A stretch of DNA of 64,000 bases from the NCBI GenBank assembly GCA_038087875.1, contig CM076000.1, positions 1,798,001 through 1,862,000 on the forward strand, written 5' to 3'. Both the position numbers and the translations under genes were made by a program. Below the pieces are notes generated by a model, which was given only the letters and a program-made list of their open reading frames with translations, searched no databases and was not told the DNA's origin. Position 1 is the stretch's first letter; every line of letters begins with the position of its first letter. Source of the DNA: Malacoraja senta (Eukaryota). Of this stretch, positions 25,755 to 38,773 are shown one piece after another.

Positions 25755-26060
25755 AGTTTCAGTTTAGATTATTGTCACGTATACCGAGGTACAGTGAAAA
25801 GCTTTTGTTGCTTGCTAACCAGTCAGCGGAAAGACAATACATGATTACAATCAAGCCATTTACAGTGTATAGATACATAAGGGAATAACGTTTAGTTCAA
25901 GGTAAAGCCAGATAGTCCAATGGTCACCAATGAGATAGATAGTAGTTCAACACTGCTCTCTGGTTGTGGTAGGATGATTAAGTTGCCTGATGACAGCTGG
26001 GAAGAAACTGTGTCTGAATCTGGAGGTGTGCTTTTTCAAACTTCTATACCTTTTGCCCAA
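25755..26060 (-). mobile_element. Rex1/Babar-type LINE 3' UTR fragment
   Basis: Homologous to 30180-30428 and 50270-50560 (ccgaggtacagtgaaaagcttttgttgc...acagctgggaagaaactg). Confidence 0.7.
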
Positions 26061-27164
26061 AGTAAGAATTTCATTGTTCCGTTGTCGGTATATTCTGTAT
26101 GAAAATTAAACACTTTGTGAATATGATCTTTTTCCAGCCAGGTTTGCTCAAGAAACCATGGTATATGGTTATATGGTTATACTTCTGCTGCTAATTGTTA
26201 GGGGAGTCCAAACCTTTGGAAGATACATCTACCGAAGTGCCCTAGGCAGCATTAAATTGAAAATTCTCATCAGTCTTTGTCTGCATTTAATCAAGACAAA
26301 ATGGCTTACAAGCAATATGTAGAAACAAGGAACTGCAGATGCCGGTTTACACAAAAGAACGAAAAGTGCTGGAGTAACTCAGTAGGTCAAGCAGCATCTC
26401 TGGAGAACATGGATAGGTGACGTTTCACTTTCTTCAGACTGATTGCAGGGGAGGGGAGGTGTGGGTGGGAAGGGATCAGTGAAGCAAGGAGTTGCGTAGG
26501 AAGCAGTCTCTGCAGAAGGGGGAAAGCAAGGATACTTTAAGGGTCAAGGTTTGCTTTAAGATTTGTATGTTTTCATCATGACTAGCTCTTGTGCCAAATT
26601 GCAGCAATGCCTAAAAGCACAATGATTTAAAATAAAAACAATTTATGTAGGTAAACTATAATTGAAATGGTCCTGACAGTATTTCAGAAAAGTGTAACTA
26701 ATTCTGAATTATAGACTCAAAATTCTGGAGTAACTCAGTGGGTCTGGCAGCTTCTCTGGAGAAAAGGAATAGGTACCATTTTGGGTGGAGACTTCTTCCA
26801 ACTGAGTCAGGGGAGAGGGAAACTAGAGGTATGAAAAGACTTCTAGACCTTCAGACCCAGCACCAAAGAGCAGGAAAAGGTGGAGCCCACAATGGTCCAT
26901 CGTTGGCTGTGGAAGATAATGGAGGGATATATAGATACAAACAGTGGAACTAGCAGGGTGACTACAGTGGTGGAGAGGCAATGCAAGGATTACTTAAAAT
27001 TAGAGAAATCAATATTCACACCGCTCCGTACTAATTCTGAATGTTTTGTTGATATGTAATTGATGATCAGATAGGCAACTACAAACTTAAGTGATGAAAA
27101 AGTACGTGGGCAGCTCTGGGCTCTGCAGAAAGGTGTTTAGCTTAAGATTGGAAGTTAGATGAGT

Positions 27165-28070
27165 TATGTTGATACAGCGTGGAAACAAACCCATCGGCCC
27201 AACTTGCTCACACCGGTCAATATCTCAGCTACACTAGCTGCGTGCGTTTGGCCCATATCCCTCCAAACCTGTCCTAGCCACGAACCTGTCTAACTGTTTT
27301 GTAAACGTTGTGATCGTCCCTGCCTCAACTACCTCCTGTGGCAATTTATTCCATACACCCACCACCTTTTGTGTGAAAAAGTTACCCCTCAGATGCCTAT
27401 TAAATCTTTTCCCCTTTCACCTTAAACCCTATGTCCTCTGGTCCTCAATTCCCCTACTCTGGGCATGAGACTGTGCATCTACCTGACCTATTCCTCTCAT
27501 GATTTTATACACCTCTATTAGATCACCCTCCAGTGCCCCAAGGATTAGAGTCCCAGCCTACTTAACCTCTCCCTACAGCTCAGGCACTCGAGTTGTGGCA
27601 ATATCCTTGTGAATTTTCTCTGTACCCTTTCCAGCTTGACAACATCTTTCCCAGAACTTGGTGCCCGGAACTGAGCACAATGCGGCCTCACCAACATCTT
27701 ATATGACTGCAACATGACCTCCCAACTTCTATACTCAATACGCTGACTAATGAAGGTCAATGTGCCAAAAGCTCTTTTGACCACCCTATCTACCTGTGAC
27801 TCCACCTTCAAGGAACTGTGCCTGCACTCCTAGATCCCTCTGCGCCATAACACTCCCTAGAGCCCTACCATACCGTGTAGATCCTACGCATGTTAGACTT
27901 TCCAAAATGCAACATGTCACGTTTCTCTGTTTTAAACACCATCAGCCGTTCCTCAGCCCACCTGGCCAATTGATCAAGATCCTGCTGCAATTTTTCACAA
28001 CCATCGTCACTATCTGTAATACCACCCACTTTTGTATCATCTGCAAACTTGCTAATCTTGTCATGTACGT
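27165..28070 (-). mobile_element. CR1/HER1-type LINE 3' fragment
   Basis: MKVESQVDRVVKRAFGTL...LVRPH...LERVQRKFTRILP, plus a 3' tail similar to the HE1 SINE tail. Confidence 0.85.
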
Positions 28071-30179
28071 TCTAGACCTTGCAGGAACAACTGAAAATGC
28101 TTGCCATTTCCAGTACATGGTCGTAAAGGCACGTAGTAAAGGAACAAGCTTTTTGGCTCATAAATCAATGCCTGCCAACCATAACGTACATATCTATACC
28201 AAACCCATTTTCAGCATTTGGCCTGCAGCTTTCCTGGCCCTGCCGATTCAAGTGCTCATCTCTATACTTCTTAAATACTGGAGGAGTCTCTACCTCCATT
28301 ATTCCTTCAGGCAGTGCGCTCCATTTTCTAACTAACTTCTGGATTGATTATTCCTCAGTACCCCTCTCCACTTCCAACCACTTACCTTAAATTGAGGAAA
28401 CAAAGAACTACAGATGCTGATTAATACCAAATATAGACACAAAGTGCTGGAGTAACTGAGCTGGTCGGGCAGCATCTCTGAAGGAAATGGATAGGTGACA
28501 TTTTGGGTACTGAAATGTCACCTATCCATGTTCTCCAGAGATGCTGTTTGATCCGCTGAGTTACTCCAGCACTTTGCATTTATGTATAGTATTACCTAAT
28601 GCATGGAATGCGAAACAAAGCTTTTCACTGCACCTCAGTACATGTGACAATAATAAACCTCAATCTAATAAGTAAATAATGAACTATGTGTTTACATGTG
28701 GGCTTGGCAACTGGCAACAGCCAACAACTTGAACACTCTACCTACGTTATTGTTGGGCTTCTCAAGTTCTTGTCTAATTTACTGAACTGGATTAGAAATA
28801 GAAATATATAAAAACAGCTGGTAAGTAAGGAGTCAATTTTAAACTGTCCACTTTTGATCTATATTTTATGGTTTCCTCTCCTATAGACAGTCTGATTTAA
28901 CACACTTCTCATTATAGCATACTGGGTGTTTCCTAAAGACAGCTTCAAACAGAAGTACTAAGTACAATTTTAATGAGAAGGAACTGTATTACATGGTTGA
29001 GCATTAATTAGAATAGAGACAGTGAAATCTGCCAAGCATCTCACCACTGAATTTGGGTACATGGTGATTATTTAAATCATTAAAATGTATTGCCTTCCTT
29101 CGGTTTCATTCTCTACATTATTAGAAGAGAGAGTGGTTAAACCAAAAAATAAATATCAAAAATTCACACCGAGAAAGAACTGAACTTAATGTTCCAATGA
29201 AATTGTCCTTTCCCATTGTGTTAGCAGATTTAAAAAACTCCCAGGGTGTTAAGAAAAGCAGAGCCCAATTTATTTTCCATTCTTCATCTTCCTGAAAAGG
29301 TGGAGGTGCAATTGTGATATATTCTCAGAGTGGCTTCAGTATAAAATTGTACCCATGTTCCTAAGTCAGGACATTCTGTGACTTGGAAGGGAGACTGTGA
29401 TGGTTCTCCTATAATACTGATTTAGCTCTTTGCGGTGGTAGAGAATATCGTACTGGAAGGTAGTGTTGGAAGTAAAGCTGGCACGAGTCTGCATTGCATC
29501 CTAGAGATATCGCATGCTGCAGCCAACGTATATTGGTAGAACAAATTGTTCCTGGAGTCGACAAACAAAGTGCAGTTCAGGCATATTACTTTGCGATGGA
29601 AATTTAAAAAAAATATAGAAATCTGAAATAATAAGAAAAAGGCAGATTTTTTACCCACCCATAGATGCTGCCTGATTTGGAGGTGAGTTTCTGTTTATTA
29701 CTTTGTGAAGGATGGTGTAATTTACATTAGTTTTCTGATTGGAGCCTTTACTGGAATCCAAAAGAGGATAAGGAGGTTTTCAGTATTCATTGCAAGATAT
29801 TTAAAATGGACATTATTGAGTTCAATTGCCACTGCCGCATATTGCTTAATTCATAAATTAATGTTATAGGAGCAGATGAGGCCATTCGGCCCATCACATC
29901 TATTCTGCCATTCAATTATGGCTGATCTATCTTTCCTTCTCAACCCAATTCTCCTGCCTTCTCCCCTATAGTCCTATGCCTCTCGTCCTAAACTCTCCCA
30001 CTAGTGGAAACATCCTCCCAACATCCACTCTATCCAGGCCTTTCACTATTCACTACTTAATGAAAGCAGCGGCTGTGGATCTCCTGTTATGTGGTAGTTG
30101 AGATGCAAAACAGTGCAGAAGTGTATTGAGGAGGAGATACGTATCTACAATGGAAAAAATCTAGTTTACTTTGGTTTAA

Positions 30180-30428
30180 ATTTTTAGTTTTGTTTATTAT
30201 CATGTGCACCGAGGTACAGTGAAAAGCTTTTGTTGCGTGCGAACCAGTCAGCAGAAACCAATAAATAATCACAATCGAGCCATCCACAGAGTACAGCATC
30301 ACATGATGAAGGGAATAACGTGAATAAAGTCCAATAAAGTCCGATCAAAGATAATCCAAGGGTCTCTAATGAGGTAGATAATAACTCAAGACTGCTCATT
30401 AGTTGTTGGTAGGATAGTTCAGTTGCCT
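30180..30428 (-). mobile_element. Rex1/Babar-type LINE 3' UTR fragment
   Basis: Same 3' UTR as 25755-26060. Confidence 0.7.
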
Positions 30429-30432
30429 TTAC

Positions 30433-30716
30433 TTAGTATCTCAAAGCATACTTTTAGGAAATATTTGGACAGTAGAGCACGTATGTTTGGACAGTTAAAA
30501 AATATTATTAGGATATTTTTGTTCATTTTTTAGTTATATTGCTGAAAAATTCTTCAAAATATTCACTTACATAAAAATCTGACAAGGAGTGTAGGCCCAC
30601 TCATTTTCAATTTTTTTTCAACAATATACCGTAACTAAAAAAAATATCCTGATAAATATTTTCTGTCCAAACATATTTGTTTTGCTATTTCTTACAAGTA
30701 TATTTTGAGATGCTTA
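30433..30716. repeat. Degenerate AT-rich fold-back (old MITE-like inverted repeat)
   Basis: Left arm tagtatctcaaagcatacttttaggaaata...tatgtttggacag...aggatattttt is complementary to right arm aaaaatatcct...ctgtccaaacata...tatttcttacaagtatattttgagatgctta. Confidence 0.65.
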
Positions 30717-31701
30717 CACTGAGGATATGTAGCTCTCCCCCTAAACCCGCGCACTTACACAGCATCAAATCTCACACAAGACCTTCTTACGTGTCAAAAT
30801 GAATGTAACCGGTACAAAATCAATGATAAACATGGAGCTATTCCTGTAATTTTGTAATAGTCTTCAAAGTCATCAAAACTAGGATGTAAAAAGAGTCAAT
30901 TTATTTCAGGTCTTCTTCAGAGCCCAACATATATTTGGCATAACACAGTGCTGGGGGAGCTCAGTGGGTCATCTGTGGAGGGAATGAACAGACGACATTT
31001 CGGGCCGGGATCTTTCCTCAGACTGATTGGAACAGTGGGGGAGAAAGCTGGAAAAGAGAGGTGGGGATGGAACAAAGTGTGGTGAGTGATAGGTGGATGG
31101 AGGTGGGGGGGGGGGGGGGGTGGGGTGATTGGCAGATGGATGGAGTAATTCATGTCAAGTTGACATAAGGAATTGATTAGGCTTTAATGTGTGTAAATAT
31201 ACATGTGTAAGCATCAGTCATTTAAGAATTTTTAAATTCTAATTAAAAAATTCATTCATACCTACTCTTTATCCTGAAACTTCTAATGATATGTTTGAAT
31301 TAAACTTTAACTTGTTTATATACTACAAAGATTAAGTAAATTCCAAGTAATAATTACAACTTGAAAATATGAAATACTTATCTTGTCAGCCTTGGTTCAA
31401 GAGCTGTACTCATACTTCTGAGTGGGAAAATTTAATGAAGATGTGCAGGACAAGTTTTTTTTTACACTGAGAGTGGTGGGGGCCTGGAACGTACAGCTAG
31501 GGATGGTGGTGGAAGCAGGTACAATAGTGGCGTGTAAGAGGCTTTAGGATAGGCACATGGAAATGCAGGGAATAGAGAGATATGGATCATGTACAGGCAG
31601 ACAACAATTGGCATCATGTTCAGCACAAACATTGTGGGCCGAAGGGCCCATTCTTGTGCTGTATTGTTCTATGTTCTAATTGCCTGTGCATTCAATTCCA
31701 A

Positions 31702-32215
31702 CATCAAATCAAATCAAATCAAATTTATTGATAAAGCACATTTAAAAACAACCCATGTTGACCAAAGTGCTGGACAGACCAGAGCAGGTAGTTAAAGTCA
31801 CAAAAAGAAACAGACATCCACAGGAATGCACACAGCACACAGGTACAAATAATCAGCGCAAGGTCACAAAACAAAGATCAGCCACATCAGGGGGATTCAA
31901 CCGCTAGTGAATAAAAATAAGTTTTGAGCCTGGACTTAAAAGAGTCGATGCAGGGGGCAGATCTGATAGGGAGGGGGATGCTGTTCCACAGTCTAGGGGC
32001 CGCAACAGCAAAGGCATGGTCACCCCTGAACTTAGGTTTAGATCGCGGGACAGCCAGGAGCCCCAAGTCAGCTGACCTGAGGGACCTGGAGGTAGAGTAA
32101 GGGGTAAGGAGGTCTGTTATTGGGGGGGGAGCAAGCCCATTTAGGGCTTTATAGACAAACAGGAGAACCTTAAAATCAACTCTGAACTGTGCTGGCAGCC
32201 AGTGGAGTGAGTGGA
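31702..32215 (-). mobile_element. L2-clade LINE 3' end
   Basis: SLHWLPAQFRVDFKVLL...RSLRS...GDHAFAVAAPRLWNSIP...SFKSRLKTYFY; tail (atcaa)n on the plus strand. Confidence 0.9.
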
Positions 32216-32756
32216 ACATAACCTATTCCACCAACCAATGCAAAGATTAATGCAGTATTTAAGGTGCAACTTTTTGTATGGCAAAGTGGATGTAAAAAAG
32301 ATCATGACACCTTACAAAGACAGCAAAAATGTTCTTCCTTATGCCCTAGCCAATAGCAATCCCTCAACTTAATTACTATATTATCTTGCCATCAACTCAC
32401 ACCAGTGTGTGGGACCTTGCGATGGACAGATTGGCTGCATTGTTTTCCATAATAATTATGTGTTTTTGGAGCTGCACTCCAGAAGCTGGATACCGCAGAT
32501 GACAAAGCAGTCTGATCGACTGGCACCGATACTTTACCTCAAACATCTTACCCCACCTGCACAACAAGATTGTTGTGTATCCACTTGCCATCTCTTAAAC
32601 TGGAACTCTCCAAGGGCATGGGCAACAAGCAAATGGAAACCCAATGACCAGCAAGTTACTATCCAATAATCATAACTCTCCTGACTTCATCACATATTGG
32701 TGCTTCTCCATTATCACAGAATCAAAATCTTAGAACTCCCTAACTGACTGCATCTT

Positions 32757-35700
32757 TCTTGGAGAAGATGGGTGATCTAGTCTACAGCTATGGAAAGGAG
32801 AAATTTGGTGAAAAGGAACAACTCAGCAGGAAAGATAGGCCTCCTCCCCCCAAGTCCCGTCGTCTCCAGGAAATCCAACGACTTGTTAAAGAAAGAAGAG
32901 GCCTGAGGAAGGTGTGGAAAAAAGCAACAGCAGAAGAAAGGGGCATCAATCTCCTTCAAAAGGATCCAAACAGAGGCTCTCGAAGCTGCGCAGAGCGGAG
33001 AATTTAAGGAAACGACGCAAAAAGAAAGAAAAAGCAAGAACAGACTTCTACAAAGATCCCTTTAAGTTTGTGAAAGGCATTTTCACAAAAGAAAAAAGCG
33101 GATCCCTGAAAGCGTCAAAAAAGGAGGTTGAAGGACACATCAGAACCATCCACACTGATGAGTTAAAAGATGAACCGATTTTTGTCCCCGCCGACATCCC
33201 ACCAATCTCACCCCCACAACATCAATTTGACATCAGCCCTCCCAAGCTGAGTGAGGTAAAAGAAGTAGTGAGGAAGGCAAGAACGGCCTCTGCACCAGGC
33301 CCTAATGGTGTTCCGTATTGTGTCTACAAGAATGCTCCAGATATTCTGAAATTCCTCTGGAGGAACACAAGGGTTGCGTGGGAAAAGGAAGTCATCCCCA
33401 AAGCCTGGCGAAGAGCGGGGGGAGTGCTGATCCCAAAAGAAAAAAATTCTTCCACCATCGAACAGTTTCGGCAAATAAACCTTCTTAACATAGAGGGCAA
33501 GATCTTTTTCAGTGGTGGCGAAAAGACTTACAAAGTATCTGAAACAAAACCATTTCATTGATACGTCAATCCAAAAGGCTGGCATAGCAGGCTTCTCGGG
33601 ATGCCTTGAACAAACCAGCGTCATATGGCATCAAATCCAGACTGCTAAGAAAGAACGAAAGAATCTGCATGTCTTGTTCCTCGATCTGGCCAACGCCTAT
33701 GGATCAGTTCCTCATTCGCTACTGTGGACTGCTTTTGAATTCTTTCAGGTGCCTGCAATAATAACAAATCTGGTAAAAAACTACTTCCAGGATCTGCAAT
33801 TTTGTCTCACATCAGACTTTACCACAGCGTGGCAACCACTGGAAGTAGGCATCAGGGGGGTGCACCATCTCCCCATTGACCTTCACTATGGCAATGGAGC
33901 TCATTATCAGAGCAACAAAATGGGTTGTGGGAGGAAAACGGCTACAGTGTTGTCAGCGATTGCCACCAATACGAGCCTATATGGACGATATAACAACACT
34001 TACAACAACTATCCCCTGCACCAAGAGACTTCTGGAAAAACTTCATCAAAACATCACATGGGCAAGGATGAAGATTAAACCCAGCAAGTGTAGAAGCATC
34101 TCGATTGTCAAAGGTCAAGTCAAGGATCAAAGATTTCATATTGACGGAATACCTGTTTCAACCATCATGCACATAGCTCGCATCAACAAGACCTTGTTAC
34201 CAGGAAAACTCAAGCTGTGGTGCTTCCAATTTTGCATACTACCAAGAATCATGTGGCCTTTAACTATATATGAAATCCCCATCAACAAAGTGGAAAAGCT
34301 GGATAGAATGATCAGCACACATGTGAAACAGTGGCTTGTACTTCTACGATGCTTAAGTGCTGTCGGACTGTACGGGAGTGGCAAATTGGAATTGACCATT
34401 GCAGGACTTGTGGAAGAGTTCAAATGCACTAAAGCAAGGTTGGTCATGACCTTCACTGAATCTTAAGATACTGTTATTCGAACAGCGGCCCCCCGTGTGG
34501 CAACGGGGAGGAAGTGGGCCCCATCTGAAGCCGTTCAGAGTGCTAAGTCTGCTCTTCATTTCCGGGATGTGGTTGGCCAAGTCCAACACTGGAGAGCTGG
34601 GCTCGGGCTCGTCCCAAAAGCTCCTCAATGGCACAAGGCAACATCAGTGCAGAAAAGACGGCTCGTGGTGGAGGAGGTGAGAAGGCGGGAGGAGGCAGAG
34701 CGACACGCCACGGCCGTCTCAATGGCCAAGCAGGGCCAATGGACTAACTGGGAGAACCTGGAAAAGAGGAAACTCAGCTGGCATGACATCTGGCAAGGAA
34801 GGATCTCGGCTAAGTTTTGTCATCAGAGCCACTTATGATGTTAGAAACATAGAAACATAGAAAATAGGTGCAGGAGTAGGCCATTCGGCCCTTCGAGCCT
34901 GCACCGCCATTCAATATGATCATGGCTGATCATCCAACTCAGTATCCTGTACCTTGTTCTACCATCTACTTGTTCTACATTTGTTCTACAAATGTTCTAC
35001 CATCACCCCAGAACCTGAAGCAGTGGGTCGGAGAAGACCCCGCTTGCTCCCTTTGCCAAGCACCTGCATCACTAAGGCACATTTTAACAGGATGCATTAT
35101 GAGCCTCGGCCAAGGGCGTTACACTTAGTGGCATAACCAAGTTCTCAGACAGCTGGCACCAATCCTTGAACCGAGGCGAACGATCACAAATGCTTCTCCA
35201 CCAACATCGGCAGGAAATGTCCACTTCACAACATTTGTACCAGCAGGCCAACCTCCAGAGCACCAGACACCTGATCAATGGATGCAAGCATTCTGCAGCC
35301 TGCTCGGGATTGGAAAATGGAAGTGGACTTAGAAAAAAGGCTTGTGTTTCCCCCAGACATTGTGGCTACAACAATCCGGCTAGACATGGTCCTGTGGTCC
35401 ACAACAGCCAAGTTGGCATACGTTGTGGAATTGACAGTTCCATGGGAAGATGGTGTTGAAGAAGCTTATGAGAGGAAAAAGACCAAGTACTCTGAACTGG
35501 CAATTGAAGCTTCCCAGAATGGCTGGAAGACCAAGATTTTCCCTGTCGAAGTGGGATGCAGGGGATTTGTTGCTACATCTATGACCAGGCTATTAAAGAA
35601 AATGGGGGTGAGGGGTCGCTCCCTCCAACAAGCAATCAAGTCATTATCAAATTCTGCAGAAAAAAACAGCAATTGGATTTGGATCAAAAGGAGAAACAAC

Positions 35701-35935
35701 AATTGTGCTGCAAGATGAAGACAGGAGGGTATGGAATTGAGGGGGTGTAACTGGGACGCTAGGTATCACTGTTGAGCCCTCTGGAGATGTTGTGGGCTTA
35801 TCAATGAAACGTCAAAGAAGGAGGATGGCCACCTGATGACCCCGATGATGTACCTACCCTACCTTTCACCACTCCAATCACACTGCAAATAGCAAGAGTG
35901 CCGACTTATTACAGGGATTGAAACATCAAGTCCTA
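32757..35935 (+). mobile_element. Hero-clade (R2 group, RLE endonuclease) non-LTR retrotransposon, 5'-truncated and frameshifted
   Basis: RT motifs SAPGPNGVPY, LIPK, FRQINLLNIEGKIF, FLDLANAYGSVPH, YMDD. CCHC knuckle CSLC...HILTGC. RLE domain R.DMVLWS...VELTVPWE...YERKKTKY...PVEVGCRG. ORF ends at 35718; 3' boundary is approximate. Confidence 0.9.
34842..34953 (-). mobile_element. Very short CR1 3' end inserted in the Hero ORF
   Basis: (tagaaaca)n tail and 3' UTR almost identical to 47850-47950. Confidence 0.88.
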
Positions 35936-37354
35936 TTAGCTCTACTTCCACATGAACTTTAACAGTTCAGCACTTCCATCTCTAAGATAATTGTGGATAG
36001 GCAATAAATGCTGGAAATATGAGTGATGCCCAGATTCTGTGCAGAAAAATTAAATGAATGTCAATGGACTGAGGGTTGTACAGTACTATGAACTCTTTCA
36101 GTTGTCGTTTCAACAGATCCAGCTATTTCTTTGACACTATCTGTAGTGTGAGGTTTTCTATTCAAAATGTTGGCCTGAAGCCGATTGTGCCAATTAAGTT
36201 GTTCGGCCGAAGTTAGTACAAATATATTTACATTGATAACTGCAAAACTATAAAATGTCAGCTACCAAATGTCACAGTAATCCAATGATGACTACAAACC
36301 TGTTCTCCCCTTCAAAGACCACCTTTGCAATTACAGCAATTTGTTTTCCCCCTATTGTATGTTATTAGCTGTCCATTTCTGTCAACTTGTGTAGGGAGAC
36401 ATGAACCTTTAAGTTAAACTATGCACTTCTTGCCTCCCAAAGAAGCTGTAAATGGTTCTGCTTCAGCATGTGCCATTTATTTGACTGAATACTGAATCAA
36501 ATAGTTCCTCTTGAATGAACAAGCTGAAACATGTCCAGAAAAAAATTAGGATTTCAGTATTCTTAAAAAAAAAAGATTTCACCAGGAAACTCTCCTTTGG
36601 TTTAATATGTTTGAAAGCACACGACAACCACCAGTGACGTGTAGATAGGTAGAGTTAACTAAAATGTGAAGTGAGTTATGGATGTTAACTTTTTCCCAAA
36701 TTTGAATTGGCCAATGTGACACTGAATTTTAATGAACACAGTAATTTCTATTCACAAGCATGGGAGGCGACCACATTTTCATTACCCTGTATTCATAAAT
36801 AAGTACATATACACATAATTATTTGTGAAAAAGTTGCTGCTGGTATATAAGTATTATTGCAAGTATGGTACAAAATCCCTGTTAATCCTGCCACTTTTGT
36901 CGTCACTTTTAGTCAGTAGGAGTGGAAAATGTTCTAGCAAACAATTTGCGTTTGCAGCAGTCTATTTTCTTGTATGCTCATTCAATTGTATGTTCACTTG
37001 TCGATTGAAATCTCTTGTGGCGAATTATGACCAATTGAAGTAAATGCTTATCAATATAGGAGAATAAAGGAGAAAAAAAAGCGCCAAGTACTGGAGTAAT
37101 TCAGCGGGTCAGGCAGCATCTCTGAAGGACCTGGACAGGTGACATTTCAGGTCAAGGCTCTTCTTCAGACCTTAAAAGATTACAAGTTGAATTGGGGGGA
37201 AAACGGCATTTTGATGCATTTCGATGCAGCTGTAGCAGAGTCTGAAGAAGGGCCCCGACCCGAAACATCACCTGTCTTTGTACTGCAGTGATGCTACTTG
37301 GCCTGCTGTTACTCCAGCACTTTTGTGTTTTCCTTTGGAAACCAGCATCTTTTT

Positions 37355-37665
37355 TGTTTAGTATAGAGATACAGCGTGGAAACAGGTCCTTCGGCCCACC
37401 GGGTCATCGCCGATCAGCAATCCCCGCACATTAACACTATCCTACACCCACTAGGGACAGTTTTTACATTTACCAAGCCAATTAAGTTACAAATCTGTAC
37501 GTCTTTGGAGTGTGGTAAGAAACCGAAGATCTCGGAGAAAACCCACGCAGGTCACGGGGAGAACATACAAATTCCGTACAGACAGCACCCGTAGTCGGGA
37601 TCGATCCCGAGTCTCCGGCGCTTCATTCGCTGAAGCAGCAACTCTACCGCTGCGCCACCGTGATC
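37355..37665 (-). mobile_element. HE1-like V-SINE (young variant) inserted in a PLE-type module
   Basis: CpG-rich reverse-complement consensus. The host tail aaaccagcatct...tctgtagttcctt is split around it. Confidence 0.85.
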
Positions 37666-38548
37666 GCCCAAAAATCTGTAGTTCCTTACGTCTCAATGTT
37701 TAAGTAGAGTGAAGTGCCATGCAATGTGGATTGGGGTTCTCTCTCAGTAAGGGACAGCAGAATTTTACCTCTCAAGATACTCTCAAATCAGTGGGTTATT
37801 TTTCTCGACTCCCAGGTATCATTACATCCTTTTCAAAAGAGACAAGACTAATCCACTATCTTGGTAAACTACATGGGAAACTTCATTTTTCTCTCTTAAA
37901 TCTTATGCGCAAAATCTTCCATCCATGTCTGGCTTTCTTAAAATTACATTGGTCTCTAGTCAAATTTAAATCCCTGCCATTCAACCCTGAGTCACACACT
38001 AAGAGGACCCTTACTACATTAAATTTTTTAAAAATCCTTTTATTTTACCATCATCGTTGGCAGCTGTATTACCCTTTCTTGCCAAACTCTCTGATGCTGG
38101 CCGCTTCTGCATTTCCCATTCTTTCCTTCAACTTTGCCAGCTGCTTTCAGGTGTTGAGGCTCCATGCTTCAGTCATCCATCTTCCAGACAGAACAGTCTG
38201 CCAGTCCACTCCTACTCAGTTCCAAAGGCCAGAGTTCAAAATACAATAGCCTTAAAGTGCTTAATGATTACCCAAGTGGTAAGTGACTCACCTCTTGATT
38301 CTCCAAGCCTTTCTGTTATTTACAAGGTACAATTGTGCAGCTGCTACGGCACATAAGGTTGAACGGCATGCAGGACAAAGCAGCCAGCTTGATTAGCAAC
38401 GCATTAAACATTCATTCTCTGCACTACATTGGCAGCACTTTCTAAACCCACGACTTTGATCACGTTGGAAGAAGCAATACAGCTGCATGGAAAAAGAAAA
38501 GGACACTAGGTGCTAGAGTAACTCAGCGGATCAGGCAGCATGCACAGA

Positions 38549-38773
38549 GAACATAGATAGATGGCGTTTTGGGTCGGGACACTTTTTCAAACTGAACATA
38601 GATAGGTGACGTTTTAGGTCAGAACCCTTCTTCAGACTGAACATGGGTAGATGATGTTTCGGGTCGGGACATTCCTTCAGAGTGAACATGGATAGGTAAC
38701 ATTTTGGATTAGGACACTTCTTCAGACTGAACATGGACCTATGGCATTTTGGGTTGGGATCCTTCTGCAGACT
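38549..38773 (-). repeat. Tandem array, 5 x 45 bp, each unit a hammerhead-like core of the PLE module
   Basis: Units start at 38549, 38594, 38639, 38684 and 38729. Minus-strand consensus is roughly agtCTGAAGAagggtcccgacccRAAAcgTCacctatccatgttc. Confidence 0.9.

Noticed and set aside
35800..35850. GAAACGTC...CTGATGA words in the Hero 3' UTR suggesting a hammerhead
   Set aside because: I could not form convincing stems I and II around the core words.
37719..38249. 176-aa ORF
   Set aside because: No recognisable motifs or splice context; Leu/Phe/Ser-rich composition typical of a chance or antisense ORF.
38549..38773. CRISPR-like appearance, and the repetitive ORF 38531-38803 (MFSLKK repeats)
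   Set aside because: Units are homologous along their whole length with no unique spacers, there are no cas genes, and the context is eukaryotic. The ORF is a by-product of the 45-bp period.
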